64,000 bases of DNA from an archaeon (GTDB taxonomy: Archaea > Methanobacteriota_B > Thermococci > Methanofastidiosales > NM3): the NCBI GenBank assembly GCA_004212155.1, contig RXIG01000019.1:40892-104891 (forward strand), in the 5' to 3' direction. The notes under the pieces were generated by a model. The model made no database searches. It worked only from the letters and a program-made list of their open reading frames with translations, and was not told the origin of the DNA. A program made the position numbers and the translations under genes. Of this stretch, positions 38,304 through 48,560 are shown piece by piece (position 1 is the first letter of the stretch; the number at the start of each line of letters is the position of its first letter).

Positions 38304-39406
38304 ACACATACCATATAGACGCATACAAAGGCGACATCTATACGTGCGTTCGTTCTCGATGCGGATTTTGCTTTCATGCCTGCCCCGTCTTCCTCTCGAA
38401 GGGATTTGAGACCTACACATCGCGTGGCAAGTGTATGATCATGAAGGCGTTCCTTGAAGGCAAGCTCCCTGCCTCGCAGGGGCTTGCAGACCGATTCGCA
38501 CTCTGCACGACGTGTGGATACTGCACGTCGGTGTGTGATGTTGACAGGCCAGAGATATTCAATGCGTTTCGTGAGGACCTCAGGGACGCAGGCTATACCA
38601 TACCTCGCCACGACGAAATAAAGGAGAACGTAGAGAAACAACACTCCCCCTATGGCTCGCACGATGAGTCGCTGGCATCGCGATTCGCATGGAAGATCGA
38701 CCATGACTCGCCCCTCCTCTACTATGCGGGGTGCACGGCACGTTACCGCGAGCGCACCATCGCCGAGGCGATGATGATGGTCCTTCCCTCATTTGACCTT
38801 CTCGAGGAAGCGATGTGCTGCGGGTCCGTCCTTTACAGGACAGGTTATAGGGACGACGCGATGCGCCAGGCGCGGGCACTTGTCAGCCGCATCGAACGCT
38901 ACTCAACCGTCGTGACGACATGTGCAGGCTGCTACAAGACCCTGACCAGGGACTATCCCGCGATGGGTTTGCAGATACGGCCCGAAGTGCTGCACTGCAC
39001 ACAGTACCTCGTGCGCGAATACAAAGGGGGGCGACTCACTCTCTCACCTGTTGGCAAGGGGACGAAGGTCACCTATCACGACCCGTGCCATCTGGGCAGG
39101 GGAACATGTGAGTACGATGCACCCCGAATACTGCTCGAGGCCATGGGGTATGAGGTCATCGAGATGGAACACACGCGTGAGATGGCGCTTTGCTGCGGTG
39201 CTGGAGGCGGCCTCAAGTCAATTGATGACAGCATGGCAACGAGGATAGGCTCGATGCGCATGGAAGAGGCCAAACGAACTGGGGCGTCGCTTCTCGTCAC
39301 GGCGTGCCCGTTTTGCGTACGCAATCTCCGTGACGCGGGGGGAGGCGAACTTGATGTGGTCGACATCACCGAACTCATCGCCCAGTCGGCACGGCGTGAA
39401 AAATGA
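38300..39406 (+). CDS. Fe-S oxidoreductase with CCG domains (GlcF/HdrD-like)
   Basis: Two ferredoxin motifs, MCCGS, YHDPCHLGR, CCGAGGG, ACPFC; GTG start overlapping the upstream stop. Confidence 0.88.
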   Translation: MNTYHIDAYKGDIYTCVRSRCGFCFHACPVFLSKGFETYTSRGKCMIMKAFLEGKLPASQGLADRFALCTTCGYCTSVCDVDRPEIFNAFREDLRDAGYTIPRHDEIKENVEKQHSPYGSHDESLASRFAWKIDHDSPLLYYAGCTARYRERTIAEAMMMVLPSFDLLEEAMCCGSVLYRTGYRDDAMRQARALVSRIERYSTVVTTCAGCYKTLTRDYPAMGLQIRPEVLHCTQYLVREYKGGRLTLSPVGKGTKVTYHDPCHLGRGTCEYDAPRILLEAMGYEVIEMEHTREMALCCGAGGGLKSIDDSMATRIGSMRMEEAKRTGASLLVTACPFCVRNLRDAGGGELDVVDITELIAQSARREK

Positions 39407-39448
39407 AGGCAAAAAACAAGTAAATGTTATAAAGCTCGTCAACAGCAT

Positions 39449-40828
39449 ATGGTATGGGGGGTCAACGTGCGCAACACCGTGCTCTTTGCATGCATATCAC
39501 TTCTAGTCATCGGGATGGCACTTTGCGGGTTCGGCCAATCGCAGCCAGAAGCGCCCGTGTACGTGCTCGAACTGGACGGCGAGATCAACAAGGCGACCGA
39601 GGAAATCATCGTCAACGCCATCGAGAAGGCCAACGACGAGGGTGCGTACGCGTTCGTCCTTGCACTCAATACCCCCGGCGGAAGGACCGATGCGATGTTT
39701 AACATCGTCGAGGCGATGCAACAGACATCGATACCGGTCCTCTACTTCGTCCACCCCAAGGGCGCGATCTCCGCCTCGGCGGGCACCTACATCGCCATGG
39801 CCAGCAACATGGTCGGCATGGCGCCGCTCACGACGATCGGCGCATGCGAACCCATCCTCGGGTACGATCCAACGACGGGCGATGTGATCGAGGCGCCGCA
39901 AAAGGTACGCGAGTACTACACTGCCGTGATGCGCTCCTATGCCGAGGACCACGGAAGAGACCCCGATATAGCGGCGCGATTCGTCTCGGAGAATCTTAGC
40001 CTCACCCCCGACGAGGCGCTCGATCTTGGCATGGCAGACGTGAAGGCCGACGACATGGTTACGTTCCTTGACGCAGTCGACGGCTTGGAGATCAAGGGCA
40101 CCGTGAACGGCGAGAAGATCGTGCTCGATACCGCCGGGCGTGAGACCGTCTCGATCACTCTCTCGCTCAAGGACCGCATCATCATGGCCATCTCGGACCC
40201 CAACATCGCCTACCTGCTCACCACGATAGGGATGCTTGGCATCGTCTTTGGGTTCCTGACACCCGGCATCGGCATCCCGGAGGTGGTGGGAGTGCTCTTC
40301 CTTGGACTCGCCGTGATCGCCAACGGATATGTGGGGTTCGAGTATGGGGGGATCCTTCTCATCGTGCTTGGATTCATATTCTTCATAGCCGAAGCGCTCA
40401 CATCGACGTTTGGCCTCTATACGGCGGCGGGCACGATATCGTTTGTTGTTGGGTCGCTGCTGCTCTTCTCAGGCACACCGGGGGGAGAGGGGAGGTTCTT
40501 CAATGAGGAGTCGGTACGCATGTTTTGGTTAAGCATTGGAGTGATGACAGTCCTCATCGTCGGATTCCTCGTCTTCGGGCTCCAGGCTGCGCTTCGATTG
40601 CGCAGGACGGCGCCCACGACGGGAAATGAACAGATGTTACAGGAAGAGGCAACGGCCATAGACGACCTCGACCCTACAGGCACCGTACGTATACATGGAG
40701 AGCTGTGGAACGCTCGTGCAAACGAGCGCGTGCCGGCGGGCGAACGCGTGAGGGTCGTGGCCGTTGATGGATTGACGCTCATCGTTGAGAAAAAAGAAAT
40801 AAAGGGAGGTGAAAACACATATGGTTAG
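39449..40828 (+). CDS. nfeD: NfeD membrane-bound ClpP-class serine protease
   Basis: [16 protein letters not shown] region, C-terminal OB fold [12 protein letters not shown]; followed by stomatin. Confidence 0.9.
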   Translation: MVWGVNVRNTVLFACISLLVIGMALCGFGQSQPEAPVYVLELDGEINKATEEIIVNAIEKANDEGAYAFVLALNTPGGRTDAMFNIVEAMQQTSIPVLYFVHPKGAISASAGTYIAMASNMVGMAPLTTIGACEPILGYDPTTGDVIEAPQKVREYYTAVMRSYAEDHGRDPDIAARFVSENLSLTPDEALDLGMADVKADDMVTFLDAVDGLEIKGTVNGEKIVLDTAGRETVSITLSLKDRIIMAISDPNIAYLLTTIGMLGIVFGFLTPGIGIPEVVGVLFLGLAVIANGYVGFEYGGILLIVLGFIFFIAEALTSTFGLYTAAGTISFVVGSLLLFSGTPGGEGRFFNEESVRMFWLSIGVMTVLIVGFLVFGLQAALRLRRTAPTTGNEQMLQEEATAIDDLDPTGTVRIHGELWNARANERVPAGERVRVVAVDGLTLIVEKKEIKGGENTYG

Positions 40829-41600
40829 TTTCGTAGGGGACTCATTCACTATACTGCTTGCTGTTGTCATCGTTGTCGTCGTGATACTCGCTGCGGCGAT
40901 CAAGATCGTGCCGGAGTACCAGCGAGGGGTCATATTCCGACTTGGAAGGCTCCTTGGCGCAAAGGGCCCGGGCATCTTCTTCATCATACCCATCATCGAC
41001 AAGATGTATCGCGTCGACCTGCGTACTGCGGTGCTTGACGTGCCCGTTCAAGAGGTGATAACGAGGGACAACGTGCCCGTTCGGGTGAACGCCGTCGTTT
41101 ACTTCAGGGTCATGGAACCCACCAAGGCGGTCGTCCAGATCGTCAACTATCGGGCCGGTACGTCCCAGATATCGCAGACCACGCTTCGCTCGATCATCGG
41201 ACAGTCGCAGCTCGACGAGCTCCTCTCCAACAGGGAGGCGATCAACAAGGAGCTTCAGAAGGTCATCGACGATGCCACCGACCCATGGGGCATCAAGGTC
41301 TCGGCCGTCGAGATAAAGGATGTCGAGATACCCAAGTCGATGCAGCGTGCGCTTGCGGCTCAGGCAGAGGCGGAACGTGAACGTAGGGCCAAGATCATCA
41401 ACGCCCAGGGTGAGTTCCAGGCCGCTGAAAAGCTTGCTGACGCAGCAAAGATCATGGCCAAGCATCCGATAACGTTGCAGCTCCGTACACTCCAAACGAT
41501 CCAGCAGGTGGCAACGGAGAACGCATCGACCATCGTATTGCCATTCCCCATGGAGATGTTGCGCATACTCGACAAGCTAGGTGGCGGAAAGGAGGAATGA
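40821..41600 (+). CDS. Stomatin/slipin (SPFH, band 7) protein
   Basis: [31 protein letters not shown]; GGAGGTG RBS. Confidence 0.95.
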   Translation: MVSFVGDSFTILLAVVIVVVVILAAAIKIVPEYQRGVIFRLGRLLGAKGPGIFFIIPIIDKMYRVDLRTAVLDVPVQEVITRDNVPVRVNAVVYFRVMEPTKAVVQIVNYRAGTSQISQTTLRSIIGQSQLDELLSNREAINKELQKVIDDATDPWGIKVSAVEIKDVEIPKSMQRALAAQAEAERERRAKIINAQGEFQAAEKLADAAKIMAKHPITLQLRTLQTIQQVATENASTIVLPFPMEMLRILDKLGGGKEE

Positions 41601-41640
41601 TCCCTCTTTTTCCGTTTCTTTTTTCTTTCCACTTTTTCAT
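41601..41640 (+). terminator. Oligo-T terminator of the nfeD-stomatin operon
   Basis: Several T4-T6 runs directly after the stop codon. Confidence 0.5.
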
Positions 41641-41657
41641 ACTGTAAGGATGATACC

Positions 41658-42161
41658 ATGCATCACCTTTACGGCAGGTTCTACGTTGGCGACATATACG
41701 ACTGCTTCTACGGCGATAACGATGAATGGGCCGTCGTGCATGCCTGTCCCCACCCGTGCTTCCACCATGCCGTAACAAGCGGCGCACGACATGACAGCTC
41801 CATGATCGTGGCAAAACGGGGCTCGCACCTGTTTCTCAACATGCGTGATTGGTGGTACCCGCCATCAGACCATACTATGGGAACGATCGTGACACGCCTT
41901 CTCTCGTTCGTTCGCTCACTGCGCCCCGCATACAATGTTCTTTTCCATTGCCATGAGGGCATCTCGCGCTCGCCTTCGCTTGCACTTATCGTGCTCGCGA
42001 ACGAAGGCCTCATCGACACAGCATCATACGAGGCAGGGAAACGACACTTGCAGCGCCTCTATCCTCTCTTCTTCCCCTCGCAGGGCATAGAACACTACCT
42101 CAAAACGCACTGGGGCCCCCTATATGGTCATGAGAATGACCTACCCTACAAAGATTTATAA
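41658..42161 (+). CDS. Dual-specificity (CX5R) phosphatase-like protein
   Basis: VLFHCHEGISRS P-loop. Confidence 0.8.
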   Translation: MHHLYGRFYVGDIYDCFYGDNDEWAVVHACPHPCFHHAVTSGARHDSSMIVAKRGSHLFLNMRDWWYPPSDHTMGTIVTRLLSFVRSLRPAYNVLFHCHEGISRSPSLALIVLANEGLIDTASYEAGKRHLQRLYPLFFPSQGIEHYLKTHWGPLYGHENDLPYKDL

Positions 42162-42204
42162 GCAAGATGGCACCTTGCTGATGCAACCAGCAGGAGATCA
42201 TGAA

Positions 42205-43104
42205 ATGGAAGCTACGGTGATGTGGAAAGCGTACATGGATCTCACACGAGCACACTTCTCCATCGTGTGGCCTCTCCTCATATGCGCCGGGACGGCACTA
42301 GCCACGCTCACCTATGGTACCGCGAATATGACACACTACCTGCATATCGGCGGCATTGGACTGCTAGGATTTCTCGCTGGCCTCGTGCTCAACGACATTG
42401 TCGACAACACATATGACAGGGACGAGCCTGACGAATCGCTTACCCGCTACTGGCGTCCGTTCAAGGAACGTCCGCTCGTCACCGGCAGCATCTCCGTTCC
42501 CGCTGCAACGGCGTTTTTTGTCTGCCTTGTTGTGGCAACGACATGTCTCGTGGTGTTGCTCCCCTTTCCCCATAACGTATACATCCTCGCCATCATGGGC
42601 TATGCATATGCAGCAGAATTTTTCTATCAAACGAAAAAGCGCGACCAGTCGCTGCCCCTGGCCCAGCTCGTGGGAAGGACCGACCTTGCGCTCTTTCCGG
42701 TCGCTGGCTATCTTTCGATAGGGGGTCCCGATTTCACTGCCGCATTTCTTTTCGGCTTCATGTACACGTGGGCTCAGATCCATCTTGCCATCAACGACCT
42801 GGCAGACACACAAAACGATATCACACGGCACATGTACACCATCCCAGTGCTCTATGGCGAAGAAGGTGCGATACGATGGATAGCCATGTTTACGCTGCTC
42901 CATGCGGCCAGTGCAGGCCTCTTCATCCCACTGGTGCCGACCACAAGCGTCGTGGTGGGCGCAGGCGCGTTCCTGCTCTTCCTTCTCGCCATCAGGTGCG
43001 TTGTACGACATAGGGGCACCAGCGGAGGGCTTCGAGCACTGCCTTTGCTCCATGCGTCGCTTCTCATGTATACAATCGCATTCATAGCGGGCGCCGTCCT
43101 GTAA
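42205..43104 (+). CDS. UbiA-family prenyltransferase
   Basis: LNDIVDNTYD and INDLADTQND Asp-rich motifs, RPLVTG, multi-TM; start uncertain (42124-42205). Confidence 0.85.
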   Translation: MEATVMWKAYMDLTRAHFSIVWPLLICAGTALATLTYGTANMTHYLHIGGIGLLGFLAGLVLNDIVDNTYDRDEPDESLTRYWRPFKERPLVTGSISVPAATAFFVCLVVATTCLVVLLPFPHNVYILAIMGYAYAAEFFYQTKKRDQSLPLAQLVGRTDLALFPVAGYLSIGGPDFTAAFLFGFMYTWAQIHLAINDLADTQNDITRHMYTIPVLYGEEGAIRWIAMFTLLHAASAGLFIPLVPTTSVVVGAGAFLLFLLAIRCVVRHRGTSGGLRALPLLHASLLMYTIAFIAGAVL

Positions 43105-43174
43105 CGTTACGCACACGACATTACCCGGGCGCTCTTGGTCAAAGATCAATAATGGGCAAGAGCAACGTGTGCAT

Positions 43175-43360
43175 ATGACGCTGCATTGCTGCCACTGCGC
43201 CCATTATCTCGTTATGTACCGAGGGTATGCACGATGTTCGCGGTTTGGTACGTTGGTGCCCTTCAATGGACGCCCCTGTCAATACTTCACGCACTGGGTA
43301 TCAGAAAGTCCCGAGTTTTCCTACCGTAGCGGTTCCCTGCTCCTGTCCTTCATGAAGTAA
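43175..43360 (+). CDS. Possible small Cys/His-rich (Zn-finger-like) protein
   Basis: HCCHCAHY...RCS...PCQYF; overlaps the 3' end of the MFS gene. Confidence 0.3.
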   Translation: MTLHCCHCAHYLVMYRGYARCSRFGTLVPFNGRPCQYFTHWVSESPEFSYRSGSLLLSFMK

Positions 43361-44598
43361 AGGCCTGCCAGAGACACCGAAGATGTGACGATGATATAGA
43401 GTGCCGGCACATAGAGATTGTTGGTGAGGCGTATGAGTGTCGTCGCAATCATGGGTGTTGAGCCACCGATGATGCCAAGACCGATGTTGTATGATATCGA
43501 GTACCCAGTCAATCGATCATCGGTGGGGTAGAGTTCCGTAATCGTTGAAGGCGCGACACCCAAGGGAATCGACACGAGGATGCCATACGCTGCGAGTACA
43601 ACCAGTGTCGAGAGCATCTGCCCCTGTAGAAGCAGCCAGAACAGCGGGAGGGATAACACGACGGCCAGGACGAATGACACCATGAGTAGCCTTTTACGAA
43701 TAATCCGGGTATCGGAAAGGTACCCCATTAACACGATGAGCCCCACCAACGAAGCCGAGACTATGGTCGTGAACTGCAACGACCCGCCAAGGTCCATGCC
43801 GAGGAATCTGTTCACATAGGTGGGCAGATAGACTAGGGGTATATAAAAGAGGACGGCGTATCCGGTGGTAAAGGCAAGAGATTGCATGAACTCGCCCCTG
43901 TTCTCGTGGAAAACCTTGCGGAGAGGGGATGCATCCTGATGTCGTGATTCGTGCTTGAACACATATGACTCGGGAAGGGAGCGTCGCATGTACATCGCAA
44001 CAATCCCGATCACACCGGCAAAGAGAAATGGTATACGCCATCCCCAACTATGCACGGTGGCCGATGAGAGTAGGCTTGTCGTGAGTGCTGCGGCCAGTGC
44101 GCCAGATGCCATACCTATCATGCTCCCCACGTTTGCGACACTCCCAAACGTTCCCCGTCTATTGGAAGGCGCCTCCTCGACGACATAAGTGACAGAAGCG
44201 CTGAACTCGCCGCCCACTGAGAGCCCCTGGAACAGACGCAAGGCAACGAGCAACACAACGCCGACAAGGCCTATCTGTCCATAAGTAGGAACGAGTCCCA
44301 GACCACACGTTGCCATGGTCATGAGTGCTATCGAGAGGAGCAATGTGATCTTTCGCCCGCGTCTGTCACCAATGTGTCCAAACAATAGACCGCCCAGAGG
44401 GCGCATGAAGAACCCCACAGCAAAGACGGCAAACGTTGCAATAAGCGAATGCATCGGGACCTCGCCGGGAAAAAAGAGTTCCGATATTACGGGTGCGAAA
44501 TACCCAAAAAGGGCAAAGTCGTACCATTCCATGACGTTCCCGATAGCACCCGAGATGATGATGGTTCGTTTGTCACTCATCCTGCCTAAAATGTTCAT
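43321..44598 (-). CDS. MFS transporter, metabolite:H+ symporter (ProP-like)
   Basis: GNVMEWYDFALF, RPLGGLLFGHIGDRRGRK, LQGLSVGGE-like, WGWRIPF. Confidence 0.92.
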   Translation of the reverse strand: MNILGRMSDKRTIIISGAIGNVMEWYDFALFGYFAPVISELFFPGEVPMHSLIATFAVFAVGFFMRPLGGLLFGHIGDRRGRKITLLLSIALMTMATCGLGLVPTYGQIGLVGVVLLVALRLFQGLSVGGEFSASVTYVVEEAPSNRRGTFGSVANVGSMIGMASGALAAALTTSLLSSATVHSWGWRIPFLFAGVIGIVAMYMRRSLPESYVFKHESRHQDASPLRKVFHENRGEFMQSLAFTTGYAVLFYIPLVYLPTYVNRFLGMDLGGSLQFTTIVSASLVGLIVLMGYLSDTRIIRKRLLMVSFVLAVVLSLPLFWLLLQGQMLSTLVVLAAYGILVSIPLGVAPSTITELYPTDDRLTGYSISYNIGLGIIGGSTPMIATTLIRLTNNLYVPALYIIVTSSVSLAGLYFMKDRSREPLR

Positions 44599-44629
44599 GG
44601 TATACCCTTATAATACCAGGTATTTTATT

Positions 44630-45199
44630 TCAATCTGCCCTGTTCTCACTCGGAGTACACAATGCAGCGAACGTGCGTGCAAATGTTTCGATGGCATCCC
44701 AGTCCCGAAAGTCGTTTACGCCATTTCGGTCGATCTCGATCCCTGACTTTTGCTCCATCTCCTTTGCAGCCATCGACACCATCCTCTTGTCGAGCATGCC
44801 CATCCTCGACTCGGATGAAAAGTCGATCTTGCCTGAAAACGCCTCGCCGATGTCAGCGCCCACGCCCATTTTCTTCAACTTCTCATCGAGATAGGAGGAA
44901 TGGGTACCCTCTGGATTCGTGAGTACCTGAAGGCACGATACGAAGACGCCTATCTTCACTTTACTCGGCGCACCGGCAAGTTCCTTGAGGAGCTGTTCGG
45001 CCTCCTTCGTCCAGCGACCCACCTTGATCCCCGACCCGACGATGATGCCGTCGTAGTTTTCAAGGTCGATGGACGGGCGGGAACGCAGGTCTGCCACGTC
45101 GACTTCGATGTCGTGCTCCCTCAAAATGGTGGCCATATGGTTGGCGATCTCCTCCGACGTACCGTAGCGGGACCCATAGGCAACAAGCACTCGCGGCAT
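44630..45199 (-). CDS. Flavodoxin-domain protein (HemG-like)
   Basis: YGSRYGTSEEIA, GSGI, DFRDWDAI. Confidence 0.85.
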   Translation of the reverse strand: MPRVLVAYGSRYGTSEEIANHMATILREHDIEVDVADLRSRPSIDLENYDGIIVGSGIKVGRWTKEAEQLLKELAGAPSKVKIGVFVSCLQVLTNPEGTHSSYLDEKLKKMGVGADIGEAFSGKIDFSSESRMGMLDKRMVSMAAKEMEQKSGIEIDRNGVNDFRDWDAIETFARTFAALCTPSENRAD

Positions 45200-45203
45200 G
45201 GTA

Positions 45204-45398
45204 TCACTTCTGCTTGACGTAGTCGAGCGCCTTCTGGCGAAGGTCCATCGTCAGGTACCCGTCGTTTGCAAGCGTAAACAGGGCCTCTCTTGACTCTTCG
45301 TTGTCAAACGCGGCAAGCTCATCGATGGCCGCCTTTCGTTCCTCTAAGGATATGTTGATGTCCTTTACCTTCAGTCGAAGTTCTGTTTCCTTTCTCAT
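45204..45398 (-). CDS. Small hypothetical helical protein
   Basis: 64 aa; GGTGG RBS; 4 nt gap to the flavodoxin gene. Confidence 0.6.
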   Translation of the reverse strand: MRKETELRLKVKDINISLEERKAAIDELAAFDNEESREALFTLANDGYLTMDLRQKALDYVKQK

Positions 45399-45441
45399 TG
45401 TACCACCTTGCTAGCTATCTATATGTGATGTGATTAATATT

Positions 45442-45720
45442 TTTCCGTGTTCATGTCCTTGCACATGGGGATAGCGCCGCTACATGCCCCCCATAGAGCG
45501 AGGGGAGAACGTGCAAAGGACGTGTTCAGATGCTCGCGCATCGAGGCCCGATGCGTTCGAACCCCGCCGAACGTGTTGCACGACGGAGCATATCGGGCGA
45601 TGTTCGGGAGGGCGATATCCGGCACATGTTCAACGCAACTATCGACCTTGACACGGCATAGCATGGAAACCCCCAACGCTTTGTGCGAAGGGGATTGTGC
45701 AGATCCTCCATGTCAGGATG
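45442..45720 (+). ncRNA. Candidate structured non-coding RNA of about 280 nt, unknown family
   Basis: At least 6 stems, including 13-bp and 10-bp helices whose G-U pairs work only on the + strand; no credible ORF. Confidence 0.45.
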
Positions 45721-45737
45721 TCCGTAGCGAGGCCGCA

Positions 45738-47027
45738 TTATCCCGTGGAACGGGTGATGCGAACGTCCCTCACAAGGACGGCCGGAGTGAACGTCGGCGT
45801 CTCAGCCTCCCACCAGTGTATGTGCTCGGAACGGTCCCCCAGTGCTGCGATGCGCGAGAGAAGCCCTATCATGTTCTCGGATATGCGGATGTCTTTGAGC
45901 GATGACGATATCTCACCGTCGTGGACCATGAAGATGCCGTCGCGGGGTATCGTGGAGAAATCACCTGTCGAGTAGTTCTGGAAACGCGTATACCACGTGT
46001 TTGTGATGTAGAGGCCGTTTCCCATTTCCGAGAGGAGCTCGTCGATGGAGCGGTCACCCTCTGAAAGAACGATGTTTGTCGGTCGCGGCGCGATGAGCCC
46101 TGCGTTTGCCGTCGTCTTGGTTTCGTACTTTTTTGCAGTCGATGTATTGTGGAGGTATGTCGTGAGAATGCCGTCCTCGATGACCGGCGTGGAGCGTGTG
46201 GGCACGCCCTCGTCGTCGTAGCGAGACGAACCAAGTCCATCCGGGCGAGTGCCATCGTCATGAACGGTGACAAGCTCTGATGCCACCTGTGTGCCGATCC
46301 TGTCCTTGAAGCAGGAAAGACCGCTATCGACATAGAACGCCGATGTCTGGAACATCATGTCGTCAAGGAGATTTGCGAAACAAAGCGGGGAGAACACGAC
46401 GTCGAATCGCCCCTCCTCGCCGCGCACCGGGTTGCGGGCATCGCGTGCTATATCCACCGCGTTCTCGCACGCCGAGCTATAGTCGAAGTCATGAAGCGTG
46501 CGAGCGCAGGAAACGGCATGGCCCGAGGCGTTCTTGTCGGCGAACATGCGTACGGAGAGCTCAAACGACGTGCTCTCATCACTTGCGTGGATGCCTGATG
46601 ACGTGGCGATCTCGTCGTTGACCGAGGTGGTGTAGTATACGCCTGCCGCGCGGCAGTCGTCGGCGATAGAGAAGACGTCGCCTATGATGCGCTCATCATC
46701 GGGCATGTCCGTCTCGACGGGGATGCCCTTGTATGTGAACGTACCATCCGCTATGCCGTGATAGTCCTCTGACGGCCCAATCGCACCAACGATTGAGAAG
46801 AGTTCATCCAGCGTCTCGTCAAGCTTCGTTGGGTCGTTGAGCGTGGTCGCAACGACACGCCGGTCCTTGGCGAGAAAGATGGATGCGGTGATGCTGTCCC
46901 AGAGTTTTGAGGCCGTGACCTCGTTGTTTGCGAATCGGATCTGCTTGCGTCGCAGGTTCGTGACGTGGCATATAACGTCGTCAGCACCCCGTTCACGGCA
47001 AGACTCGACGATGTCTGACGGGTTCAT
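45738..47027 (-). CDS. TldD/PmbA family protein (PmbA/TldE-like subunit)
   Basis: YDDEGVPTR, TTANAG, TGDFS; lacks HExxxH. Confidence 0.88.
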   Translation of the reverse strand: MNPSDIVESCRERGADDVICHVTNLRRKQIRFANNEVTASKLWDSITASIFLAKDRRVVATTLNDPTKLDETLDELFSIVGAIGPSEDYHGIADGTFTYKGIPVETDMPDDERIIGDVFSIADDCRAAGVYYTTSVNDEIATSSGIHASDESTSFELSVRMFADKNASGHAVSCARTLHDFDYSSACENAVDIARDARNPVRGEEGRFDVVFSPLCFANLLDDMMFQTSAFYVDSGLSCFKDRIGTQVASELVTVHDDGTRPDGLGSSRYDDEGVPTRSTPVIEDGILTTYLHNTSTAKKYETKTTANAGLIAPRPTNIVLSEGDRSIDELLSEMGNGLYITNTWYTRFQNYSTGDFSTIPRDGIFMVHDGEISSSLKDIRISENMIGLLSRIAALGDRSEHIHWWEAETPTFTPAVLVRDVRITRSTG

Positions 47028-48439
47028 TGGGCCACCCCCAGGCGTATGCCCCTGAGCCTAATGGTCGGGCCGCCCATGAAGACGGGTATGCCCTGCATCG
47101 GCTCACCCTTGCCGCAGTTGCCTGCGAACATGCCGATATCGTTTGCCACCGCATCAATGGATGACCAGAAGGTCGGAGTCGTCACCTCGAGTATGGCCGC
47201 CTTGAGGGGGTGGCGCACCTCGCCGTCCTCGACGTAGTATGCCTCGCGGGAGACGTAGCGCTGATTGTAGCGCTTGTCATCAATGTTCCATTCCATGAAC
47301 GAATTGATAATGACGCCCTTTTTCGTCTCGGCTATGACCTCGTCCCTTGTCCAGTCCCCTGCCTCTACATATGTGTTTGCCATGCGCACGATCGGCTCCC
47401 TGTTGTAGTTGTTGCAGCGTGCAGAGCCGTTCGAGTCGATGCCAAGCTGTCCTGCTGTCTCGCGATTGTGGAGCAGCTCATGTATGGCGCCTTCCTTCAT
47501 GAGGTAACGCGGTCGCGCAGGCACGCCCTCGTCATCATAGAGATAAAATCCATAAGAATGGGGTATAGTGGGGTCGTCGATCACGCTTACGTGCTCTGAG
47601 CCTATCTGCTGCCCCATCATGTCCAGCGAGACGAACGATTCGCCAGCCTGGGCGGCCTCCCTGCCAAGGATGCGGTCGGCCTCATACGGATGGCCGCACG
47701 ATTCGTGGGTGGCGATGCCCGTGACCTCTGGCCCGCATATCACATCGACGGGGCCCGTCGGCGGCGCACGGCCCTTCGTGAGCACGCGTTGCAGCGTATG
47801 CGCCTCGTCCGAAACGTACTGTTCGAGGTCCCACTCGCGCAATGCCTCCCATCCACGGGATGCCCCCTTTTGGAGCATGACCTGGGATGTCTCGCCATTC
47901 TCCTGCACGGTGAGGAACCCGAAAAATCCTATGCGGGGCACCACAGCACTGATGTGCGACCCTTCGGAGTTGAGATAGAGCTTTTCTGTGATCGAGTCAT
48001 ACAGCTCAAAAAAACTACCTGCCACTGAAACATCCTGCGGCAACCCCGCATGCACGTCGCGAAGTGCTGCAAGCTTCTCTTCGGGGCCCACGTCGGCAAG
48101 CGGTTTTTTCATCTCCGATGAGTAGGATGCCTCGTGGCCATCCTCGTGTGAAAGCTTCACAGGTTGTTTCACAAGACCGGATGTTGCCTTGGCCATCGCG
48201 CAGGCCTCATCGACGATCGCGGTCACGTTTGAACGGTCGAGATTGTTCGTAGAGGCAAACCCCATGGACCCCCCAACGAGCACGCGCACCGATATGCCCA
48301 GCGATTTGTCGAACCCGGATACCTCGGGCTTGCCGTTCTTTAGCACGAACTCGTTATGCGAGTTACGTTCAGCCTTGACCTCTGCATAGTCGGCAGAGGA
48401 TCGTGCCCGTTCAAGGGCGAATGCACAGATGTCCTCCAT
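47024..48439 (-). CDS. tldD: TldD metalloprotease subunit
   Basis: HESCGHPYEAD, YDDEGV, RMANTY, CGKG. Confidence 0.92.
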   Translation of the reverse strand: MEDICAFALERARSSADYAEVKAERNSHNEFVLKNGKPEVSGFDKSLGISVRVLVGGSMGFASTNNLDRSNVTAIVDEACAMAKATSGLVKQPVKLSHEDGHEASYSSEMKKPLADVGPEEKLAALRDVHAGLPQDVSVAGSFFELYDSITEKLYLNSEGSHISAVVPRIGFFGFLTVQENGETSQVMLQKGASRGWEALREWDLEQYVSDEAHTLQRVLTKGRAPPTGPVDVICGPEVTGIATHESCGHPYEADRILGREAAQAGESFVSLDMMGQQIGSEHVSVIDDPTIPHSYGFYLYDDEGVPARPRYLMKEGAIHELLHNRETAGQLGIDSNGSARCNNYNREPIVRMANTYVEAGDWTRDEVIAETKKGVIINSFMEWNIDDKRYNQRYVSREAYYVEDGEVRHPLKAAILEVTTPTFWSSIDAVANDIGMFAGNCGKGEPMQGIPVFMGGPTIRLRGIRLGVAQ

Positions 48440-48560
48440 TGTATCACTTCATGAATCGATATAGTAGGTAGGACCGCACGATATAAATTATTTCGTGCCC
48501 CATGCGCCATGCAACACGGTCATGAGGGGACCTTGGCCAAGGAAAGAGGTAAAAAGTATC

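Noticed and set aside
45434-45740. SRP (7S) RNA or small ORFs as the explanation of the structured gap
   Set aside because: No helix-8 CAGG/GGAA/AGCAG signature on either strand; ORFs not protein-like
48531-48542. Perfect palindrome CCTTGGCCAAGG
   Set aside because: Single 12-bp palindrome, expected by chance in 64 kb; no second copy seen
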